Positions 31,320 through 39,400 of a DNA stretch of 64,000 bases are shown piece by piece (positions within the stretch are counted from its first letter, which is position 1; each line of letters starts with the position of its first letter). The position numbers were made by a program, and so were the translations under genes. Location: IMG/VR virus record IMGVR_UViG_3300003629_000001; one strand, given 5' to 3'. The notes below the pieces were generated by a model that had not been told where the DNA came from, did no database searches, and saw only the letters and a list, made by a program, of their open reading frames with translations. Source of the stretch: a virus.

Positions 31320-33652
31320 CCGTCACCTTCTACGAACTCGGTGAAAACGACTACACCGAAATTGGTCGTATCCACGACGGAGAAATCGTAGACGGCGAAG
31401 ACCAACTGGTCGCAATCGGCGCTGACCAGTTCGCGGACAACGAAAAGAAACTACTGAACGTCTACGATGGGCCGTACATCGTTGCTGGAATTGGGACGCC
31501 TAATACCCTTACTCAAAAGTCGGACAAGGCACTTCGGAAGAGCGTCGAAACAGTCTTCAAAGACTGGATTCCCTACGAGGGGCCACAGGGCGGGGAAGGC
31601 TGGCAAAACACCCTGACAGGCGAAATCCGCTATCAGGAAGGGAAGCCGAGTGGCGCGGGAAGTGACGCCGACGTTACTGTCCCCGGCAACTCTACGATAC
31701 AGACTGTCTCGGCGGCTATCACGTCAGTCCTCGGCGCGACAGTCATGCAATCGCTCAAGCAACAGGCGACCGGTGGCGGTGGGTCATTCAACCCACAGAC
31801 GTTCGTGACCGCCGCCGCCATGTATATCGCACAGACTGGTAAGGGGTCGCTCGGAGAACTACAGGAAGCGTTGGATACCGAAGCCGAGAGCGAACCCGAA
31901 GACGCTCAAGACGTGACGATTCAGACCGAGAGTGGCGAAATCGAATCTACGACTCAAACGGGTGTCACCGACGTAACGAGCGCGATTACACAAGTCTCGT
32001 CGGAAGAGACGGTCGCTCGTCTCGGCATGACCATGAGCGAGGAAGAGAAGGAAGACCCCGAAGCGTGGATTCGGGCGTTTGGTGATAGCGTTACTGAAGA
32101 AGCCAACCAGAACTTCCAAGACGCTCTGGACGAGCGGATTCGTGAACGGACGGTTTCGACTGACAAGTACCGGGGTGGTGTCGTTGTTCCGAACGAGGTG
32201 ACGACGGAACAGGTGAGAGAGGCTATGGGAGCGACGATGGACGCCGAGACGGTAGAATGGCTGTCCGGGGCTATGGAAAACAGCCCCGCCGTAGACGGGA
32301 ACGACCCCGACTCATGGGTACGGGCGGCTCTCACACAGATTGGTGACGATAGCGAACAACGTACCGAGTTCCAGAACCAGTTCGACGTTTCCGCCGCTGT
32401 ATCCGAAGAGGGTGACGGCGACGTTGGGACTGTCACCATGTCGGGTGGCGGTGAGAGTATCGAAATGCCGACGAACACCAGCGCTGAAGAGGCACGGGCC
32501 GCTGTCGAAGAGACGCTGGGTCAGGACTTTCTCACCCACACAGCGGGCTTCATGGAAGACCAAGGCGCGGACGTAGAAGACCCGAAGCAGTGGGTCATGA
32601 ACGGGCTGACGCTCTCTCAAATCGCCAACCCGGAAGGCTTCGAGACGACTGTCAGCGAAATGCAAGACAGTCTGATTGAAACCAACGAGGAACCCGAAGA
32701 GAGCCGGGCGACTCAAGTCGTGACGGAACACGACGCCGAGGGTGACTGGCAATCATTCGTAGACCCAGTGACCGACCTGCTGGAAGAGGGCGAGAGCGCT
32801 GGCGACATTGTTCAGAGTCTCAAAGAAGACGCCGAAATCGACGGCCACCCGCTTCAAGACGAGCAAATTCGGACACTCGCGTTCGAGGCTCACAAGGAAG
32901 CCAGCGAGCGGAATCCGCCCGGTGTAGACGAGACACCGGACACGCCGTCGCTCGCTATGGACTGGGGTAACGAGTTCCCTGAAGCCATGCGCGACCGTAT
33001 GCAAGAGAACCACCCCGAAGCCTACGAGCAACTGAACGAGTCCTTTGAACCGTGGTCAGACGACCCCCACAGCGAGGAAATGAACTCGTTCTGGAACTAC
33101 GCGGTTCAGCACAGTGGGAACGGGAACATTCCCGAAATGGAAGGCCGCCCGGAGAACGTCACGCAAGAAGAGGTAGAGGCCGTACAACGGCTACACGAAG
33201 TGACACAGGATACGCTCACCGAACTCTACGGGGACACCGTACCGCTCTTCCGTCCGGTGGGTGGAAGCGCCGCGAGTGAACTCAAAAACGCAAAGGAGAG
33301 CGACGAAGACGACGATATTCAGTTCACCCACCGCCCGGCTGAATCGTGGTCGGGCGACATTGAGCAAATCGCGCAACGGACAGACTTTGAAGACGGTGAA
33401 TCGGTTGTCATTCGACGCGAAGTACCTACGGAAGACGTACTGGCGTCGTCTGTTACCGGGTCGCCGGGACTGGACGCACAAGACAACGAGTTCGTCGTCT
33501 CGTCGCCAACAGAGACGGAGTACAAACGAGGTGACGTGTTGACTGGCGACGACCTGAAAGACCCACAGGCAACGATGGAACAGGCGGCGTGGGCGAATAA
33601 GACCACTGGCGGGACGGAGCAAACGGAAGCAAACGAGGAAGGTGGAGAGTAA
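31316..33652 (+). CDS. Array protein 8: DGP domain + WIPY tag + helical repeats + divergent ART-like domain
   Basis: YDGPYIVA, tag at 31565, VPLFRP..ESWS..VVIRREVP..DNEFVV. Confidence 0.7.
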   Translation: MTVTFYELGENDYTEIGRIHDGEIVDGEDQLVAIGADQFADNEKKLLNVYDGPYIVAGIGTPNTLTQKSDKALRKSVETVFKDWIPYEGPQGGEGWQNTLTGEIRYQEGKPSGAGSDADVTVPGNSTIQTVSAAITSVLGATVMQSLKQQATGGGGSFNPQTFVTAAAMYIAQTGKGSLGELQEALDTEAESEPEDAQDVTIQTESGEIESTTQTGVTDVTSAITQVSSEETVARLGMTMSEEEKEDPEAWIRAFGDSVTEEANQNFQDALDERIRERTVSTDKYRGGVVVPNEVTTEQVREAMGATMDAETVEWLSGAMENSPAVDGNDPDSWVRAALTQIGDDSEQRTEFQNQFDVSAAVSEEGDGDVGTVTMSGGGESIEMPTNTSAEEARAAVEETLGQDFLTHTAGFMEDQGADVEDPKQWVMNGLTLSQIANPEGFETTVSEMQDSLIETNEEPEESRATQVVTEHDAEGDWQSFVDPVTDLLEEGESAGDIVQSLKEDAEIDGHPLQDEQIRTLAFEAHKEASERNPPGVDETPDTPSLAMDWGNEFPEAMRDRMQENHPEAYEQLNESFEPWSDDPHSEEMNSFWNYAVQHSGNGNIPEMEGRPENVTQEEVEAVQRLHEVTQDTLTELYGDTVPLFRPVGGSAASELKNAKESDEDDDIQFTHRPAESWSGDIEQIAQRTDFEDGESVVIRREVPTEDVLASSVTGSPGLDAQDNEFVVSSPTETEYKRGDVLTGDDLKDPQATMEQAAWANKTTGGTEQTEANEEGGE

Positions 33653-35394
33653 TGGTGAAAATCGACGCGTCGGAGTACGAGACGAACTGGCTCACTGACA
33701 GTCCCGAAAAGGAAGGTCAGCCGAACGACGACGAGGAAGTGGCGGAGTCTGACAGTACCCCTACTGAAGAAAATCAGGCCCAGCAAGCCACGAAGGCGCT
33801 CAAGTCCGCTTTGGATTCTACCTTCGAGAAAGACGAGTGGATTCCCTATGAAGGGCCGGAAGGTGGTGAGGGGTGGCAAAATACTCAAGACCCGGACGAT
33901 ATTCGATATGGACTTGACGAACCGCCGGGTGAAGTAGCCGATGGGTACGAAGAGCAAGCGGAAGACTGGGGTGAGAGCAACGAGGAAGACAACGAAGACG
34001 GCGGTTCAGAACTCGGGAACTTCCTTGACGAACTCAGTCATACAGAGGCCAAAGAACCAATTGAACAGGATATACACTCGGTAGCGTCGGATACCGATAC
34101 CAGCCCCGAAGAGGTTGCTGGTCGCCTTCACGACCGACTTGAGCAACGCCAAGACCGAATCGGGAATTTAGACCAAGCCAACACCGAGCAATTTTCCGGG
34201 TTGGCGAACTCTATGCTCGAAAACATCGGGGAAGAGATAATCGAAGAGCGTAACCGAGATGAGTTGACGGAAGCGGTCGAAGGATACGACGAACTCACCT
34301 CTACGAAGGTCACGAATCATTACATCGACAGTGCGGTCGAACAGGTTCAGGAATCGACTGACTGGGGACGTGACGAACTTCGCCAAGACCTACTATCGCA
34401 CCTCGGAGAAGAGGGCGTTGACCCCGAAATCGCGCTGGACGAAGAGGAAGGGTTGGAAGAGTGGGCTGAAGCCAAAATTCAAGAAGCCGAGGAAGGCGCT
34501 GACGCTCCGTCTGACGTTCCTGACGGCTGGGGGAAACCCGAGGAAGTGACGTTCGGAGAATGGACGGAGTTCGAGCAAGGTGACGCCCAGTTCCTCGAAC
34601 ACGGTGATAGGGTTACTGGTACTCGCAACGGCGACGAGTTCGAGGGAACGGTTCGACACACTCCCGAAGACGGACTGGTCGGTATCGAAATGGACGAAGG
34701 TCACGTTCAGACAGTCGAAACGTGGGATATAGACCAGTACCAGAGTCAAGACCGTGACTTGGACGAGACACGCGACGAACTCCGTGACCACTTCAGCAAT
34801 ATCAGCCAGCACAACCAGTCGCTACAAGAGTACACGGGCCAAGCCCACCGAGAAATCAACGGCCATATGCGAGATACCGCGAAAGAGGTAGAAGCGGACT
34901 CGAAGGGGAAACTCGAACACGCTATTATGGCTACTGCTGACGCTGATACCGCTCGGGTAATCAGCGACGTGCAAGCGGCGACAAAACAGACACTCCCCCG
35001 AGAAATGAACGTCGCTCGGGGTATCGACGTGGACGCTGGGTCGTTCATGGACAAGGCTGAAGAGGCTATGGAATCGGGCGGAGCGCTCATGGACGAAGGC
35101 TTCCAAAGCGCGACGATTGACCGAGACGTGGCGGAAGGCTTCGGCAACATCACACTGGACATTCAGACCGACCACGGCGTCTACGCACGGGCCGCCAGCG
35201 AGTTCGCTGGGGAAGACGAAGTGCTACTCCCCGCCGGGACGCAATACGAGGTGAAAGACGTTGACAGGGAGAACAACACCGTCAGCGTCGAAGCCTACGG
35301 CGGATTCAGTTTCAACGTGGACGTGGGCCACGTTCGGGAACTGATTCACGAAGAGGGAATGTCCTACGAAGAGGCAATGGAATATGTCAGATAG
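33652..35394 (+). CDS. Array protein 9: WIPY tag + helical domain + VIP2/C3-like ADP-ribosyltransferase
   Basis: Tag at 33838. YT..INGHMR..VARG..DEGFQSAT..EDEVLLPAG gives the R-S-E triad. Confidence 0.85.
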   Translation: MVKIDASEYETNWLTDSPEKEGQPNDDEEVAESDSTPTEENQAQQATKALKSALDSTFEKDEWIPYEGPEGGEGWQNTQDPDDIRYGLDEPPGEVADGYEEQAEDWGESNEEDNEDGGSELGNFLDELSHTEAKEPIEQDIHSVASDTDTSPEEVAGRLHDRLEQRQDRIGNLDQANTEQFSGLANSMLENIGEEIIEERNRDELTEAVEGYDELTSTKVTNHYIDSAVEQVQESTDWGRDELRQDLLSHLGEEGVDPEIALDEEEGLEEWAEAKIQEAEEGADAPSDVPDGWGKPEEVTFGEWTEFEQGDAQFLEHGDRVTGTRNGDEFEGTVRHTPEDGLVGIEMDEGHVQTVETWDIDQYQSQDRDLDETRDELRDHFSNISQHNQSLQEYTGQAHREINGHMRDTAKEVEADSKGKLEHAIMATADADTARVISDVQAATKQTLPREMNVARGIDVDAGSFMDKAEEAMESGGALMDEGFQSATIDRDVAEGFGNITLDIQTDHGVYARAASEFAGEDEVLLPAGTQYEVKDVDRENNTVSVEAYGGFSFNVDVGHVRELIHEEGMSYEEAMEYVR

Positions 35395-36400
35395 TGAAAA
35401 ATACACAGCGGAAGGCGAAGACATTCGAGTCGTTGGCCCCGAGTGGGGCGAAGAAGACGAGGAAGTGACCACCGAGAAGAACTGGATTCCATATCGCGGC
35501 CCACAAGGCGGCGAAGGCTGGCAAGACACACAGAATCCTAACGACGTTCGGTACGACCTTGACGAACCACCGGGGACAGTGGCCGCTGGGTATAGCGAAG
35601 ACCACTGGGAAATGGACGACCGAAGCACCAGCGTCGAAGACAGTGAAATGGGCTACGTCTCTGAAGGTGCTGGTGGGCCGTCTCTGGACGTTGCCACTGC
35701 TGACCACGCACAGTCCTTACACGAAGCCGGAGCGTCAGAGGGCGCGTCCTCGCGCCATATGCACGTTGCTACGTGGGAGTCCGAAGACGGAGAGCCACGC
35801 CGAGCGTTCGTAACGAACTACGGGCCGGACATGAGACGGAACGAGACAGGCGAGAAACCGCTATTAGGTGAGCGTGCAATCGCCGCTGACGCGTTCTTCC
35901 GCAACATGGGATTCGACCCGCCAAAGCACTTCCTGAACCGCCAGCAACGCTATCTCGCGGTCGAAGGCAAGGACGGGAAGGAAGTACGACACGCTCCCGA
36001 CGAGTGGAAAGAGAACATCGACCGCGACGGAGTGCTGAATTTCGCCGCAACAGCGATTATTGCTGGCAACTCCGACCTTCACCCGAAGAACGTGCTGGTC
36101 AACGAGAACGGTGAGTTCTTCGCGGTGGACTTGGACAAGTCGGGTGGAGATTTCGCTAACGGCCCCGACCGGTTCCAACGCCGTGGATTCCAGTCGATTA
36201 CGTGGACAGCCCGAAACCTCGGTCATAGTCTCTCAAAGGAAGAAATCGACCAACGCGCACAGGAGTTGTGCCGAGATATGGATATTGACCGAATGACCGA
36301 GAACGTTCAAAACAGTACGTGGTCACGGAAAGGCCGACACCAGTTCCGTGATAACATTATTACCAACATTAAAGCACTACGCGAAGGAAGCCTACTGTAA
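35384..36400 (+). CDS. Array protein 10: WIPY tag + HipA/PI3K-like kinase
   Basis: Tag at 35483, kinase motifs GNSDLHPKNV..AVDLD. Confidence 0.8.
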   Translation: MSDSEKYTAEGEDIRVVGPEWGEEDEEVTTEKNWIPYRGPQGGEGWQDTQNPNDVRYDLDEPPGTVAAGYSEDHWEMDDRSTSVEDSEMGYVSEGAGGPSLDVATADHAQSLHEAGASEGASSRHMHVATWESEDGEPRRAFVTNYGPDMRRNETGEKPLLGERAIAADAFFRNMGFDPPKHFLNRQQRYLAVEGKDGKEVRHAPDEWKENIDRDGVLNFAATAIIAGNSDLHPKNVLVNENGEFFAVDLDKSGGDFANGPDRFQRRGFQSITWTARNLGHSLSKEEIDQRAQELCRDMDIDRMTENVQNSTWSRKGRHQFRDNIITNIKALREGSLL

Positions 36401-39400
36401 TGGCTGTCGTTATCGAAGAGTTCGACATAGGAGATATGTCGTGGTCTACCCTCGGTCGCATTGAAGATGGGGAAATTGTGGCCGACGGCGACGGGTTCCT
36501 TTCCGAACTCCTTTCTGACGACGAACTCGGTGACGAAGACGAACTACTGAATCGGTTCAACGGCCCGCGTCTTGTCGCCTATCGTGATAGGGGTACTCTC
36601 GGGAAAAACTGGATTCCGTATCAAGGGCCGATGGGTGGCGAGGGGTGGCAAAACGCGAACGACCCTGACGATATTCGCTACGTAGACGACCCACCCGGAG
36701 AAATCGAAGAGGGGTACGAGGAACAGGCGGAAGGGTGGGGTGAGAGTGACCAAGAGCGTTTTGTCAACGCTGTGGAAGAAGAATACGGAGTTTTCGCCAG
36801 TTCCCTCGCCAACGCGTTCACCGAAGAGACGGTTCTGAAAGACCCCTACGATTCGGGCTACGTAAAACTCGCCGCGAAGGTGGTCTTTGGTGAAAATTAC
36901 CCGGACGAGTCGGTTGCGGAATACTACGAAGAGTTTCGAGAACTCACGAATCTGGATACCATTCAGACGCCGCGAGAAGCGACGATGGACGTTATAGCGG
37001 CAATTGACGAACTCGAACCCACCAAGTCGCAAAAGAATCAGGCACTTGACGCGTTGCGTGACCGGTACAATATCATGCAATCCGCTGACGGGTTGCCTCA
37101 AGTACCGCTGGAAGACAAGGGGCCAAGGGACTGGAAAGAACACGTCCCCGGTCGTGGCGAAGATTACGACTGGGGGACAGTGAACACGCAAGACGCTGTT
37201 CTCTATCAAACCGAAGACGGCCTCATGAATGGCCGAATCTGGAAGTATGAGGGCGAAGACGACCAAGACGTACTCTACACACTGGAAAACGGCGAGACTC
37301 TGTATCACGAAGAGATTGAGGCGTTCTACCCCAACGAGAAAGAAGCGCTCCGGGTCGGTTCAAACGCTCGCGTTTCCGAGGGCAACTTCCTCACTTTCGA
37401 GATTGACGGAACCCCGTATCAAGGAGAAGTATCGACAATTGCGGCGCGTGACGGTCAAAGAGTCGAAGCACTGATTTCGACGCCGGGGGCTATGGTTCGA
37501 CTTTCATCTACTACTGAAGAAGGCCGTGACCCACAACTTGAGTCCGTTCAGGGTGACGACATAGAAATCATCGAACGACAACGAACCCTTCCTGACGATT
37601 TTGAGGGAATGGCGGAAGGCGTCAATCGGGAAGCGGACGCGGTTGCACGCGACATTACGGATAATCTCGGTGACGAGTGGCATAGAAGTATGTCGCTTGA
37701 GCGAGACGTGCAAAATGAGTTAGAGAAATACTTCTCTTCGACCGCTGTCAGTCAGTTTTACGAAGCCGTCAACGACTGGAAACAGGACGCTTCAAGTGGC
37801 CTCTCCGGCCTTCACGCGTCGTCTTTCCAAGAAGCGCTGGATATACACAGCCCCGCTCGCGGGTGGGACGAACCCAGCAAAGAGAACGTTCAGGTAGCGA
37901 AGGTCATGTACGAAGTGAGTCAGGAATACCTGAAAAAGACTCACGGAAGTAGCGTTCGCTTACACCGAGGAATGTCTAACACCGGATTCCGTCGGTTGAT
38001 GGACACATGGTTAGAGAACCCGAACGCTGACGAATACGACTTGAGTCAAATGGCGTTGAACAACTATACGCCACAGGTGGGTATTGCTGAAGGATTCGCA
38101 CACGATACGGCTGTCGTCACCAGTCGTGTCAGTACAGACAATATCGCGTTCGCTATGGACGCCCTCGCCGCTCGCTCAATGGACAACGAAGGCGAGGTTC
38201 ACGTCATGGGCGACGGTATGACGGTTGACCACAGCGATATTGCGTTCGGTGAACACCGAATCGAACTTGACGAGTTCCCCGACGGCTGGTCGCTTGAAGA
38301 GCATGAAGACATGGTGGAACAACTCAAGCACCACTACGCTGGTCGAATGCCGCTTCCGAAAGAAAGCCACGAAGAAATCTTCCAGAAGTGGGCGGAATCA
38401 GTCAAAGAGAACCACCCCGAACTGGTCGAAGGCCCGAATCCCAACCCCGAGATACAAGAACTCGTCAAGACAATCGAAACTGACGCATTCCTACAGTACG
38501 AGGTTCGACAAGGGCCACAGACCCAACTGGACGAGTTCGAGGATAAGCAGGACTCGAACCCAGTTATCGACCTAACTGACGACGCGTCCGCTCGGTGGTC
38601 GGCCTATGACCCCGCCGAGATTCCCGACACAGTGAAAGAGACGAAATGGAACCAGTACCGGAACTGGCAACAGAGTCTACAGGAGAAATCCAGTAGCCCC
38701 ATTGGAAAAGCGTGGATTCCCTACGAAGGCCCGCGAGGTGGGGAAGGTTGGCAAAGTGCGAACGACCCGAACAAAGTCGTCTACCAGCAAGAGCCGCCGG
38801 GGGAAGTGGCCGACGAGTACGACGCCGACCACTGGGAAGAGTATCCGAGTGACGGTAACTGGCCCGAATCGCCACACGGAACGCCGTGGGAACAGCCACA
38901 GGGCTTCGGACGAGACGCGGGTATGCAACTCACCGACGCGGTGGCGTTTATCAACTACGACGACGAGGTAGTGGCTGGCGAAATTGCGGAGTTCAACGAC
39001 GACGAGAAGACGTACAAACTCGAAAATGGCTACGTAATCAGCCACAGTCAGGTCGTCGGCTGGTCGCAACCGCCCGAAGGTGAGCGCGTCGAAACGTCTG
39101 TTGGTATGGTTACTGAAGGCGACTGGATTACCTACGACACGTCCTACAGCGAAGACCACGTTGCACAGATTTCCGACATAGAAATCAACGACGACAAAGA
39201 CATTATCTCGGTCGTTGGGGAACACGGTTATTACGAGATTGAGGTGTCCGGGCGTCCGAACAACCGCAACGAGTTCAACGCTAAAGTTCAGCGTATCCAC
39301 ACCGAGGAACCCGACCTGTTCGAGAACGTCGAACAGAATGGCATGGCTATGGAAACCGACGATATTGTCGGTGAAATGAGCGAGCGAATCGACCTGAAAG

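Larger units (their letters stand above)
11551..38820 (+). repeat. Dispersed coding repeat (WIPY tag), 15 canonical + 3 degenerate copies
   Basis: W codons at 11551, 14025, 16583, 20689, 22366, 24960, 26001, 27306, 29112, 29835, 31565, 33838, 35483, 36610, 38713. Degenerate copies at 13827, 16433, 28950. Confidence 0.95.

Noticed and set aside
11551-38820. WIPY repeats as a CRISPR array or DGR template/variable repeats
   Set aside because: They are in frame, vary at synonymous sites and are kb apart. No cas or reverse transcriptase gene is seen.
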